Below are positions 1-10,288 of a stretch of 64,000 nucleotides of DNA, one piece after another (position 1 is the first letter of the stretch; each line of letters opens with the position of its first letter). The stretch is from an uncultured Rivularia sp. Lineage in GTDB: Bacteria; Cyanobacteriota; Cyanobacteriia; Cyanobacteriales; Nostocaceae. Location: the NCBI GenBank assembly GCA_963665115.1, contig OY762007.1, forward strand, positions 5,120,001 through 5,184,000, in the 5' to 3' direction. The translations under genes and the position numbers were made by a program. Below the pieces are notes generated by a model. It saw only the letters and a list, made by a program, of their open reading frames with translations. It searched no databases and was not told the DNA's origin.

Positions 1-171
1 ACAATTACTTACTCATATCCACATAAATTGTCAAGATGTAGCCAATTTACCTTGATAATTACCAAACCCTTTGAGTAGTGCTGATGCTAAGAGGCGAATT
101 TTCTGTCAACATAATAAATATATAGATTTTTTTTAGAAATTCCTCATGACGGGAATAACATTGGTCAAACC

Positions 172-504
172 ATGAATCAAATCACTGTAGAGGAACTCGC
201 AAAACGTTTGTCTTCTTCGGAGTCTTCAATTCAACTTGTAGATGTACGCGAACCACAAGAGGTCAAAACGGCAAGCATCGAAGGTTTTATGAATTTACCT
301 TTGAGTCAATTCGCTGAGTGGGGAAACGACATTCAAACTCATTTGGAACCTCAGAAGGAAACTTTAGTTCTATGTCATCACGGTGTTCGTTCCGCTCAGA
401 TGTGTCAGTGGTTAACATCTCAAGGCTTTTCCAATGTGAAAAACATAACTGGAGGTATTGATGCATATTCAATGTTAGTTGACCCTTCAGTTCCTCAGTA
501 TTAG
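172..504 (+). CDS. Rhodanese-like domain protein (single-domain sulfurtransferase)
   Basis: VDVREP motif, active-site loop CHHGVRS, C-terminal GGIDAYS...DPSVPQY. Confidence 0.9.
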   Translation: MNQITVEELAKRLSSSESSIQLVDVREPQEVKTASIEGFMNLPLSQFAEWGNDIQTHLEPQKETLVLCHHGVRSAQMCQWLTSQGFSNVKNITGGIDAYSMLVDPSVPQY

Positions 505-509
505 TTGTT

Positions 510-552
510 ACAGGTCAAAGGTTAAAGGTTACAGGTTAAAGGTTAAAGGTAT
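510..552. repeat. Short heptamer tandem repeat (AAAGGTT-like)
   Basis: aggtcaa/aggttaa/aggttac units; the same unit recurs at ~1962-1981 and, reversed, at ~31798-31823. Confidence 0.7.
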
Positions 553-865
553 TAATACCGAGATAGTCTAGGAATATCATTTTATGAGTAATAGGTAATT
601 CGTAGCTATACATACCCTATTCCATAAACAAGTCTGAGAAAATACTTAAATGAGAGTATTTTTTATGTACTTAAATTACACATTAATTTGTATTAAATAG
701 TACTCTCACTCAGGACAAAACTATTTGAAAGTGTAAAGGTATTGCAGTACACCATGCCGGTTTTGTCCCAACAGATAGATCGTTATTAAATATGTGGTCA
801 TTAAGATTTCAAAAATTTGTTTTTTTAAAAAATAGATAAAAACTGTGTTTAAACAGCCATTCCCT

Positions 866-1951
866 ATGCAAGTCCAGTTAACTAATCGACAACAACATAT
901 TCTTTGGGCAACAGTACGTCATTATATAGCGACAGCAGAACCTGTAGGTTCTAAAGCTTTGGTCGAAGAATTCGACTTGGGTGTAAGTTCCGCAACAATT
1001 CGCAACGTAATGGGAGTCTTGGAAAAATCTGGACTGCTCTATCAACCCCATACCTCATCAGGAAGGGTACCTTCAGATTCTGGTTATCGAATTTATGTGG
1101 ATCAGTTAATCACACCTTCTCAAAGTTTAGAAAAAGAGGTGGAAGCGGCATTACAGGGACGCTTAAAATGGGAAGATTGGGGCTTGGAAGCACTATTGCA
1201 AGGTGCGACGCAAATTTTAGCAAGCTTGAGTGGTTGTGTCAGTTTAATCACAATGCCGCAGAACAATACATCAGTATTGCGACATTTACAGTTAGTACAA
1301 ATTGAGACGGGACAGATAATGTTGATTGTAGTAACTGATGGTTACGAAACACATTCAACACTGATAGACTTACCCACCGCATCAGAAGGGAATCAACCCG
1401 ATGCAGAATTAATAGACAGAGAATTACAGATTGTTTCTAACTTTTTAAACAGTCAATTACGCGGCAAAAGCTTAATGGAATTAGCCCTACTTGACTGGAG
1501 TCAATTAGATATAGAATTTCAGCGGTACGGCGAATATTTGAAAACATCACTAGTTGAATTAACTCGTCGCACCTTTTCCCCAACAAATGCACAAATCATG
1601 GTGCGTGGAGTGTCGGAAGTTTTGCGACAGCCAGAATTTTCACAAATACAGCAAGTACAAACCATAATTCACTTACTTGAAGAAGAGCAAGAGCAATTAT
1701 GGCGTTTAATATTCGACGAAACAGAATTAGAAAAATTAGATAAACCACACGTGACAGTCCGTATTGGTTCGGAAAATACCCTAGAACCCATCCGTACTTG
1801 CACCTTAATTTCATCCACCTATCATCGAGATTCTATACCTGTAGGAAGCGTAGGAGTTTTAGGCCCCACAAGACTCAACTACGAAAATGCGATCGCGCTC
1901 GTTTCCGCAGCTTCCGAATATCTCTCCGAAGCAATGAGCAGTAATCAGTGA
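866..1951 (+). CDS. hrcA: Heat-inducible transcriptional repressor HrcA
   Basis: [33 protein letters not shown] and GVLGPTR motifs; ATG at 866 preferred over the GTG at 845. Confidence 0.95.
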   Translation: MQVQLTNRQQHILWATVRHYIATAEPVGSKALVEEFDLGVSSATIRNVMGVLEKSGLLYQPHTSSGRVPSDSGYRIYVDQLITPSQSLEKEVEAALQGRLKWEDWGLEALLQGATQILASLSGCVSLITMPQNNTSVLRHLQLVQIETGQIMLIVVTDGYETHSTLIDLPTASEGNQPDAELIDRELQIVSNFLNSQLRGKSLMELALLDWSQLDIEFQRYGEYLKTSLVELTRRTFSPTNAQIMVRGVSEVLRQPEFSQIQQVQTIIHLLEEEQEQLWRLIFDETELEKLDKPHVTVRIGSENTLEPIRTCTLISSTYHRDSIPVGSVGVLGPTRLNYENAIALVSAASEYLSEAMSSNQ

Positions 1952-2100
1952 GCAGCGATCGAGGTTAAAGGTTAAAGGTTAAAATTCTTAAATCATAACT
2001 CTCTCCTTGTCCCCTTGTCCCCTTGTCTCCCCCTCTCCCCATCCCCCCACTCTCCCATCAGTTAGCTATCATCAACTTGATGCTATAAATACTGCTGATA

Positions 2101-2778
2101 GTGAGAAAAATTATATTTTGGTCGCTTTGGGTTGGATTTTCTGTATATGCTTTTGGTTTTGCTCCTCCGAATCAACCCGATACTTTTGAATTAATTAAGA
2201 ATCTTTCAACTGGACAATGGGAAGGAATCAACCCTTTGATAGTTTCGTTATTCAACTTGATGGGTGTGTTTCCTTTAATCTACAGTTGCATGGTATTTAT
2301 TGATGGCAAAGGACAAAAAATACCGGCTTGGATATTTGCAACTTTTTCTTTTGGTGTAGGTGCTTTTGCCTTATTACCTTATTTAGCTTTACGGGAACCA
2401 AATCCAGATTTTGTTGGTAAAAAGAATGCTTTTCTCAAATTGCTAGATTCTCGGATAACTGGTATCGCATTAAGTATCGGAGCGATAGTTTTGGTATCTT
2501 ATGCTTTGCAGGGGGGAAATTGGAGTGATTTTGTTCAACAGTGGCAAACCGATCGTTTTATTCACGTAATGAGTTTGGATTTTTGTCTGCTTTGTCTGCT
2601 TTTTCCCACACTTTTGGGAGATGATATGGCAAAACGAGGTATGGAAAATCCGATTTTATTTTGGTTAGTTACCTTAATACCATTATTTGGCCCTTTGGCT
2701 TATTTATCTGTAAGAAAACCTTTACCAGACAATACAGAGGAAGAATTAATTACCAAGCAAAAAGCAGCAGTAAATTGA
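2101..2778 (+). CDS. Conserved cyanobacterial multi-pass membrane protein (DUF2834-like)
   Basis: About 6 hydrophobic segments; FIHVMSLDF and LLGDDM..RG motifs. Confidence 0.65.
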   Translation: MRKIIFWSLWVGFSVYAFGFAPPNQPDTFELIKNLSTGQWEGINPLIVSLFNLMGVFPLIYSCMVFIDGKGQKIPAWIFATFSFGVGAFALLPYLALREPNPDFVGKKNAFLKLLDSRITGIALSIGAIVLVSYALQGGNWSDFVQQWQTDRFIHVMSLDFCLLCLLFPTLLGDDMAKRGMENPILFWLVTLIPLFGPLAYLSVRKPLPDNTEEELITKQKAAVN

Positions 2779-2800
2779 ATCTGTATCGCAATTATTGTCA

Positions 2801-2874
2801 TGTTGGGTTACGACACGATGAATAAATATCTTAGTTACAAATGAAATTTGGTTTTCGTGTCTAACCCAACCTAC
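2801..2874. repeat. REP/REPIN-like inverted-repeat element
   Basis: GTTGGGTTACGACACG...CGTGTCTAACCCAACCTAC; a related copy lies in opposite orientation at ~30409-30478. Confidence 0.7.
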
Positions 2875-2926
2875 TAACTACTATTTTTAAAATCCAAAAT
2901 CCGAAATCTAAAATTGCTTCGATCGA

Positions 2927-3298
2927 TTAACCTACAGTAACTTGATTTGTATCAACATTACTCGCACCATTCACTCCATTAGCCACAGAAACCATTTTAT
3001 TGAGAATATCTTGACTAGGAACGGTACCTTTCAAAACTACTGTAGAACTAGTCTGAGCAACCCAAAGAGTATCAATATCATCCAATTCGGAATCTTCATC
3101 GAAAGCTAAAGCAACTCGCTTTGCTAAACCACTTTGGTCATATTCACCATTTAATCCCACACGCTCTGGGGCGATTGATTGAGTAGTATTAGAAGCTTGT
3201 GCTGTAGATGTAGATGGTGCTGCTTGCGGTTGGGGTGTAGGATTTACCTGTGCATCTTTGGGTTTACCCATTCCAAAAAGTCTCTTTAACCAGCCCAT
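2927..3298 (-). CDS. BON-domain protein without signal peptide
   Basis: C-terminal BON-like pattern (VVLKGTVPS...VNGASNVD), N-terminal MGWLKRLFG, P/Q/T linker. Confidence 0.75.
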   Translation of the reverse strand: MGWLKRLFGMGKPKDAQVNPTPQPQAAPSTSTAQASNTTQSIAPERVGLNGEYDQSGLAKRVALAFDEDSELDDIDTLWVAQTSSTVVLKGTVPSQDILNKMVSVANGVNGASNVDTNQVTVG

Positions 3299-3525
3299 AA
3301 AACTATTCTCCAATTAATTTCATTCACTGTGAATATATAGGCTGGATAAACAAGTTACATCCGTCGCCAAAAATAGATATTGTGCTTTATATTACTGCTG
3401 TAGACGTAATTTAACCCCTATTGTTCTATCTCCCTAGATAAACAAAACTGGTACTTTTGGAAAAAATTATGAAAAAATTATTATTATATTCTTAAAATCT
3501 GCTATATCTAGAAAAATTTCCCTCT

Positions 3526-3938
3526 TACAGCACTTTGCAGGTATATGAGGTACATTTCCCTACTCCCTACTCCCTACTCCCTACTCACTACTCCCTACTC
3601 ACTACTCCCTACTCCCTACTCCCTACTCCCTACTCACTACTCCCTACTCCCTACTCACTACTCCCAACTCCCTACTCACTACTCCCTACTCCCAACTCCC
3701 AACTCCCAACTCCCAACTCCCTACTCACTACTCCCAACTCCCTACTCCCTACTCACTACTCCCTACTCCCAACTCCCAACTCCCTACTCCCTACTCCCTA
3801 CTCACTACTCCCTACTCACTACTCACTACTCCCTACTCACTACTCCCTACTCCCTACTCCCAACTCCCTACTCCCAACTCCCTACTCACTACTTCCTCTA
3901 GAAACGATGTGTACCTCACTTAAATGAAATCTGCTGTA
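3526..3938. mobile_element. TA-flanked MITE (IS630-like ends) enclosing an STRR heptamer array
   Basis: Left end TA-CAGCACTTTGCAGGTATATGAGGTACA; reverse complement of right end TA-CAGCAGATTTCATTTAAGTGAGGTACA. Confidence 0.7.
3558..3893. repeat. STRR heptamer array (CCCTACT/CACTACT/CCCAACT), ~48 units
   Basis: Direct reading of tandem 7-mers; typical of Nostocales. Confidence 0.95.
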
Positions 3939-3954
3939 TCTCCCCATCTCCTTC

Positions 3955-4845
3955 TCAATCCAACATTACAGCATCGTGAAAGCAACTATAGTCAACACTG
4001 CGTCTACCATCTTGCGTTTTCGATAAAATATCTGCAAATTTATGATTCCAAAGAATTTCTGTAGGAATATATGAGTAATGGGCGTGGATATTGTCAGAAA
4101 CAGTTTGGTCAATTCCAGTAATAGTTATTAATATTTCCATCTCTTTTTCCAGCATTTCCTCTAAAGTTACACCGTAAAGAGGGCTACTTTCATTTATCGG
4201 ATGCATAACCGTCCAAGTCAAAGCAAAAAGTGATGATTGATTGCGAAATAATGGTAGTTTATAAAACCTTCGCATTGCTTGCCCTTCTTCAGTTATTTCG
4301 CTGATTACTAAACTGACATTAACTTCAGCTTCTAAAATCCAGCTTTGACGTTCGTTAGCAACTCGAAACATTAAAGTTGGTATACCATTATGAGGAGCAA
4401 CTACTGCTACACGACTAAACATAACTCGCGCTTTCGGAAGAGAAAATCGAGCAAACACTAGTCCACTACCTACCGATACTCCTACAAGTCCTAATAAAGC
4501 TTCAATCGCAACTAAAATATTAGCAAAAAGCGTTTTAGGATACATTGCACCATAGCCGATGGTAGCCATAGTTTGAACGCTAAAAAAAAATGCATCGAAG
4601 AAATTACCTTCACGCATATTTTCGATGCCATCTCCTGCGGCTAAATACATCAAAGCAAACAAAACATTAGTGATGATATAACCCGCAGCTACAACAGCAA
4701 ACAACTTTACCCATGAAAGAGTTAACAATGCATGATATAAATCGTCCCAATCGAACTTAGATATCCCTTTACGAACAACGTTGAATTTTCCATCAGGGTT
4801 AACTAGACGGCGTGATGAAATTTTTTTTCTATAGCTTTCAATCAT
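3955..4845 (-). CDS. Inward-rectifier potassium channel (KirBac)
   Basis: Selectivity filter QTMATIGYG, ARFS.P.AR, cytoplasmic WTVMHPINESSPLYG. Confidence 0.92.
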   Translation of the reverse strand: MIESYRKKISSRRLVNPDGKFNVVRKGISKFDWDDLYHALLTLSWVKLFAVVAAGYIITNVLFALMYLAAGDGIENMREGNFFDAFFFSVQTMATIGYGAMYPKTLFANILVAIEALLGLVGVSVGSGLVFARFSLPKARVMFSRVAVVAPHNGIPTLMFRVANERQSWILEAEVNVSLVISEITEEGQAMRRFYKLPLFRNQSSLFALTWTVMHPINESSPLYGVTLEEMLEKEMEILITITGIDQTVSDNIHAHYSYIPTEILWNHKFADILSKTQDGRRSVDYSCFHDAVMLD

Positions 4846-5015
4846 TGATTTTTAAATCAAAAACATTATAAAATTACGCTCCCCTACATTATCTAATGCA
4901 AAGGAGCATAATTTGAAGAAATAGGGCATAGGGAAAGAGAGCAGGGGAGGCAGAGGAATCCGAGGAGGCAGGGGAAGCAATATTTTCTCCCTCCGCTTTC
5001 TTCGTTTCCTAACTC

Positions 5016-5468
5016 CTAACTCTCTTCATCCAAACCATCGATCATTTCTGCTAATTCTTGGGTATGATGCCCTTCTTCTTCAATCATATTGCTGATAAAA
5101 CCTTCTATACCGCTGTTGCTGCCTTCAACTACATTTAGTAGTTTTTCATAAAGTCCTAAAGCCTGCTTTTCATGGGCTAAACTTGCATTCAAAATATCTT
5201 TTACAGAATAGCTTTCAAGTTCCGCAATCGGTGTAATGCGCGGTTGAGGATTTCCATTAATACTTACTAAAACTTCTCCTACCTTTCGAGAATGAAATAG
5301 AGATTCTTCTGCTTGCTCTTTAAGAAAATCAACAATTTCATTTCGATCGCGATTGTTTACCATCAAAGAGTAAGTTGTGTAGCGAACTACTCCTGCTAAT
5401 TCAAATTCTAAAATTTGTTGCAGGTAATTAATAGTTTGTTCTCGGTTAAATTGCATCATTTTAGTCAT
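5016..5468 (-). CDS. Ferritin-like / bacterioferritin-related protein (copy 2)
   Basis: EFELAGVVRY, EESLFH, HEKQALGLY, EEEGH di-iron ligand pattern; paralogous to 7355-7792. Confidence 0.85.
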   Translation of the reverse strand: MTKMMQFNREQTINYLQQILEFELAGVVRYTTYSLMVNNRDRNEIVDFLKEQAEESLFHSRKVGEVLVSINGNPQPRITPIAELESYSVKDILNASLAHEKQALGLYEKLLNVVEGSNSGIEGFISNMIEEEGHHTQELAEMIDGLDEES

Positions 5469-5603
5469 GGTTCTACTGTTTTCTACGTAGGATATACAGG
5501 TAAACGCGAGCAGCCTAAATTTGCAACAATTCAATTTAAAGAATAGTTGCACAAAGTTCTGAGATATTTGATTCTTTAGCTAGCTAAGCATTTGTAAAGA
5601 CAG

Positions 5604-5773
5604 CTAGTACTCCGGCACATTAATTTTTCAGGATAAATTACTCGTAGTGGAAGCGTCTGGCTCCCTTCGGGCAAATAGCGAGCAAGATGCATATCCTTGC
5701 GGACACACTGAGCCGCACTTCGTGAACGTTAACGCACTCCCGGATACCCCGTAAAATAAATGCGGTTGACTAG
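5604..5773. mobile_element. CTAG-bounded MITE-like element with internal REP pair and a nested mini-insert
   Basis: CTAGTACTCCGGCACATTA...TAAATGCGGTTGACTAG imperfect TIRs; internal GCGAGCAAGATGC hairpin arm interrupted at 5691. Confidence 0.55.
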
Positions 5774-6266
5774 TTTACAATCTCAAATAGCTTGATTTAT
5801 GTAACGATTGCCTGCGTAATTCCTAATGCTATTTCGACCAAGGCAAAACATCATATAGCACTATATAGAAATATAGAACTACAGCGTAATAGTTGTTTAT
5901 ACTGGGGCAGCCAACAATATACGTAAAATAAGTAATGACATTAATAGGGAAACACGCCGTCTTTATAACTGAACGAAGTCGCCAACTTCTCTGTTCCTTT
6001 TTATAAGTATACTGTTTTCAAAATCTAAAAAAAGTAAGATTACTGCTAATTAGCCCGCATATAAATTTCCTAAAATTCTCTCAAGGAAAGTTTAAGAAAA
6101 AGTTTTGTAATTATTAATTATTGCTTATTTGTAGTTTTTGTGCTAGCTAAATATATTGAAAATGAGAACAGGGAATAGAAAACATAAACCGCATTTCTTA
6201 TAAATATATAAACTAAAAAACCGCGTTTTGTGCAGAAGAAACCCGGTTTTTCGCTTTCGTAAATAT

Positions 6267-7214
6267 CTATTTTTGACCGACTGAAATTTTATTTTTATTC
6301 TGAGGAGATGGAGCAGCAATACTACGTAAATATAACCCTCCCACAGACAATAAAAACGATACGTAGGCAACAGCTTGAGCTAAATACAAGTGTTCTCTGT
6401 AGCCAAATAATACTTTAAGAATTACTCCGGGAAACTTTTTATCTGGCAATATATTTGATGTATTCCACACCATAGGGCCTAATATACAAGAGTGGATTTC
6501 TGCAACACTTTGATTGTAAAAACAAAGATTTTTCCAAGTACTATCGGTAAGAGCTAAGGCTGCAAAAGCTTGGTCAAATTTGCGTAGTCCCCCAACCACT
6601 AATCCCGCAACAATTAAAACTAAGAAAATACCCATTATCTGGAAAAACTGACGGATATTTATTTTTACTCCCCATTTAAATATCAGCACACCAATTAACG
6701 TTGCAGTTGCTATACCCAAAATTGCCCCAATTGTAGGAACTAAGCCTTCTTGAAAATTAGAAGCGAGAAATAAAACAGTTTCAAAACCCTCGCGCACCAC
6801 GGCAATTAAAACTAAAGTAAAAACCCCCCAACCGGCTGATAAATCTGTTTTCAAAGCATCCTGCACCGCTCCCTCTACTTCAGCTTTCATAAACTTAGCT
6901 TGCTTTGTCATCCACAAAAGCATCCAGCTAAGCATTATTATCGCAATAACGCTGAATACTGCTTCCATCAAAGGTTTGACTATAGGAGCGTATTCAGGAT
7001 TAATTACTCCTGCTGCTTGAATTATCGAAGCGAATAGTAATCCGATCAGCCCACTTACAATAATCCCAACACCTACACCAGCATATACCCAAGGATTAAG
7101 CCGGGATTGTTTAGCTTTCCCAAGCATTGCCAATACTATTCCAACGACAAGAGCCGCTTCAACTCCTTCTCGAAGAGTTACTAAAAATGTAGGTAGCGCT
7201 GCACTAAGATTCAT
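6267..7214 (-). CDS. FTR1/EfeU-family iron permease
   Basis: Two REGxE motifs (LREGVEA, VREGFET), ~7 TM segments; the ORF extension to 7280 is STRR repeat. Confidence 0.93.
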   Translation of the reverse strand: MNLSAALPTFLVTLREGVEAALVVGIVLAMLGKAKQSRLNPWVYAGVGVGIIVSGLIGLLFASIIQAAGVINPEYAPIVKPLMEAVFSVIAIIMLSWMLLWMTKQAKFMKAEVEGAVQDALKTDLSAGWGVFTLVLIAVVREGFETVLFLASNFQEGLVPTIGAILGIATATLIGVLIFKWGVKINIRQFFQIMGIFLVLIVAGLVVGGLRKFDQAFAALALTDSTWKNLCFYNQSVAEIHSCILGPMVWNTSNILPDKKFPGVILKVLFGYREHLYLAQAVAYVSFLLSVGGLYLRSIAAPSPQNKNKISVGQK

Positions 7215-7290
7215 TGTTAGTTGATAGTTGATAGTTGTTAGTTGTTGGGAATGGGGCATTGGGCATTGGGCATTGGGCATTGGTAATTGA
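7215..7290. repeat. STRR heptamers (TAGTTGA/TGGGCAT)
   Basis: Tandem 7-mers read directly. Confidence 0.8.
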
Positions 7291-7354
7291 AAGTAACAAG
7301 TTTCTCATAGCAAATTAGGAATTACCTATTACCAATTACCAATTACCCATTTAA

Positions 7355-7792
7355 TTAACTAAAATCGCGTAACATTTTTTTCAATTCAAGATTATGCATC
7401 TCTTCTTGTCCAATCATATTACGAGCGAATTCTTCTAAATAAATGCTGGCATCTTCAACTGTATGTAAAAACTTTTTATACAGGTCCAAAGCCTTTTGTT
7501 CGTGTGACAAGCTTTCTTCTAAGATATCCTTAACTTTGTGCTTGTAGGTTTCTTCCATTGGGGCAATTTTTAGGCTGGGATGTCCACCATCAATTCCTGT
7601 CAGAATTTCTCCTACTTGTTGAGCATGAAGCAATGATTCGCTGGCTTGTGCTTTGAAAAAATCCACAATTGGAATGCGATAAGGACCTGTCACCATCAAG
7701 GAATAATGCGTGTAGCGCACTACTCCTGCTAGTTCAAATTCCATGATGGCATTTAACAGGTCGATTGTTTTTTTGTTGTCGAGTTCTTGCAT
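7355..7792 (-). CDS. Ferritin-like / bacterioferritin-related protein (copy 1)
   Basis: EFELAGVVRYTHY, ESLLH, HEQKALDLY, EEMH motifs. Confidence 0.88.
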   Translation of the reverse strand: MQELDNKKTIDLLNAIMEFELAGVVRYTHYSLMVTGPYRIPIVDFFKAQASESLLHAQQVGEILTGIDGGHPSLKIAPMEETYKHKVKDILEESLSHEQKALDLYKKFLHTVEDASIYLEEFARNMIGQEEMHNLELKKMLRDFS

Positions 7793-8025
7793 CAGACTAT
7801 AGTGGGTGAAGAGTTTGGTTAGTAGCGATTTATTGAGTTAACAGTTAAGAAAAAAACAGTGAAAATTCCAAGTTTAAAGTATTATTTTTAACTTATGTTT
7901 TCTCCGCAAAAGAGTTCTGCTTTTATTCCTAACTTTTACTCAACTTTAACCGATTTTAAACTCTTCTTAAGCCTTTACTTGCTCGGAGCAATCAATTTCA
8001 ATTACTCTTTTTGTGTAATGCTGCT

Positions 8026-8811
8026 TTAAGTTTTAATGACTTTTTGAGCATTTTCCTCAATGGTATTTACCAGTGTGGCTACTTCTTCTGGTGTTTTCGC
8101 TGGTGCGGATGGAGGAATCACGCTCGGCCAAGAAGAAGCTAGTTCGCTCATACTGCTTGTAAGCGCTTTGTCTTCTTCCGGATGCGCTGTCTTCATTTGC
8201 TCGGAAATTCCTGCATACAAATCTTGAGCGTAAAGCACAAAGCCACGAGAATCTTGATATTCAATATCTTCGACTATTTTACCATTGGCGATCGCCGCTT
8301 CATATTCTTCTTTGGCTGTATCTAGTACGCGATTAATTACAGCCAGCACAAATTCAGGTTTGTTGCGTTGTTCTTCGGGTATGGCTGCGATAGCTCCATC
8401 CACAGCTTCCATTGATGATGTAAAGGTAGTTGCAACTCTTGCATCTTTGGGTTTGCTTTTGACTAAATCCTCTAAATTATCCAAAGTGCTTTTAAATTCT
8501 TTAACGTTCTTTTCTTTTAATTGACTTTCCACATCCGAGTAAATCTCCTCAACTGGATGTCCGATATGAGGTTCTGCTTGTTTCGGCTCGTTTAGATCCA
8601 ATAATTCTTTACCTACCAAAAGATGTCCTTTCATTAATGCCATTTTGGTCATATATTCCACATCTTTTGCTTCAGCACTAATCTGGGTTTCAGCTACAGG
8701 AGCGTTTGTAGGTACATTTTCTGCTGTTGGACTATTGTCACCGATGCAAGAACTCAAAGTAACTACTGCAAAAGCCGCAGCAGCCAAACATATATAGCGA
8801 AGTGGTTTCAT
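8026..8811 (-). CDS. Lipoprotein of the FTR1 iron cluster, putative metal-binding
   Basis: Lipobox LSSC; His/Glu-rich motifs MKGHL, HIGHPVEE and EYQDSRGF. Confidence 0.7.
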   Translation of the reverse strand: MKPLRYICLAAAAFAVVTLSSCIGDNSPTAENVPTNAPVAETQISAEAKDVEYMTKMALMKGHLLVGKELLDLNEPKQAEPHIGHPVEEIYSDVESQLKEKNVKEFKSTLDNLEDLVKSKPKDARVATTFTSSMEAVDGAIAAIPEEQRNKPEFVLAVINRVLDTAKEEYEAAIANGKIVEDIEYQDSRGFVLYAQDLYAGISEQMKTAHPEEDKALTSSMSELASSWPSVIPPSAPAKTPEEVATLVNTIEENAQKVIKT

Positions 8812-8960
8812 TAAAAGCTCCTATAAGTATTTTTACCAATGTCAATTTTTTTATTTGACAGGTTGTCGTTTTTTAACATTTGGTTATTATGCATCTAATG
8901 CAAGGTCTTATCAACTATTTAATATATCTAATTGAAAAAAGTTAATAAATAATCAATATC

Positions 8961-9969
8961 TTAAGATCGAGAGTCGCTTCTCTCAATCACTTCAAAGTTG
9001 CCCATGCAGCCATGTTCGGCAGTTATATCTTGATGGGGATGGAACATATATTTACCAGGATATTTATATGAAAATTCCAAAATATGTCGTTCGGCAGTTC
9101 CCATCGTAATTACGTCGCTTTCATAACTAGGTTTTAAAGTCATTCCCGTGGGATAAACCTTAAAGAAATTGGCATGAATGTGAAATGTTGCTGCTTCATC
9201 AAATTCAATCATGTTCAGCACATACAGTCTTACCAACTGATTCTGATAAATTCTGATCGGATGATCTAAATAATATTCAGGTATGCCGTTGAAAGCATAA
9301 AATTCGTTCTTATCGTCACCATTGGTGTCATATCCAGCCATAATCAACACCATTTCATCTGCTGGGGGACGAGGTGATGGTGGATCTACGATAAACATTC
9401 CGTACAAACCTTTAGCAATGTGACGGGTAACTGGCTCTATATGACAGTGGTAAAGGTGAACTCCGTAAGGTTCTGCGTTAAATTCGTAAACTGTCTGCTT
9501 GCCATTCGTTACTGGACGAACTCCATCTGATGAAGCTGGATGCGTACCGTGAAAATGCATTGAATGCGAATGTCCGCCTCTGTTAAGGAAGATAATCCGA
9601 ACGCGATCGCCAACTTTTGCTCTAAGTGTAGGGGCCGGGTACTTGTCCGTTAAAAGTCCAAACATTGTAAGAAACGGCGCTATTTAAATCTATTGTCTCA
9701 TTAGTAGCAGTTATGCGAAATTCTCTGATTTCACGTCCGTTTTCTTGCTTAATTGTGCCGTAGTCAAAATTTCTTAGTACCTTCATCGGGTTATTTCCGT
9801 CAGAAGGCACATCACTATCAATTGGTGGTATTTTGATTTGCGATTTGCTTCGATTAAGTGAAAGCCAAAGTAATCCCGCACTCGATGCACCAGCCCCTAC
9901 CAATCCCAGCTTCAGAAATTGACGACGACTCCAAAATTTATCTTTGTTCGGAGCAAGGTAATTGGGCAT
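8961..9969 (-). CDS. Tat-exported two-domain multicopper oxidase (split by +1 base at ~9631-9634)
   Basis: SRRQFLK Tat motif; HSMHFHG, HCH..H, FHIH and HPH copper motifs; removing one G restores VPGPTLR. Confidence 0.88.
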
Positions 9970-9996
9970 GATATTGCTATTACTAATCCAATTTAG

Positions 9997-10013
9997 TTGA
10001 TAATCATTTTCAA
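9997..10013. promoter_or_regulatory. Fur box upstream of the iron cluster
   Basis: TTGATAAT-C-ATTTTCAA, one mismatch from the 7-1-7 TGATAATnATTATCA consensus, 28 bp from the MCO start. Confidence 0.75.
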
Positions 10014-10288
10014 ATAATTTAAAAAAAGATTGTAGAGCAAATAAGATATATTGTCAATTGTAGAGCAGTGTTTGACTTGTAATCAGACTCAATCGGCTTT
10101 TAGCTTTAAGAGATTTTTGTAAGCAATAATTTGGGCAAAAACCGTAATTTAAATAAGTTGTTAGTTGTTTAAAATACTATGGCTCTTATCTTTCACTTAA
10201 TTAAAACCGCCATCCAATGATATAAATTAGATCTATTTGGGAATACTTACTCCAAGACAGTTTATCTACAGACATTGGATAAGTAATT

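Noticed and set aside
505..865. CIRCE operator upstream of hrcA
   Set aside because: No TTAGCACTC-N9-GAGTGCTAA match seen
3558..3893. Possible CRISPR array
   Set aside because: Contiguous 7-mers with no unique spacers
3535..3927. Two ORFs of (LLPTPYS)n
   Set aside because: Translations of the non-coding STRR heptamer array, which lacks stops by composition
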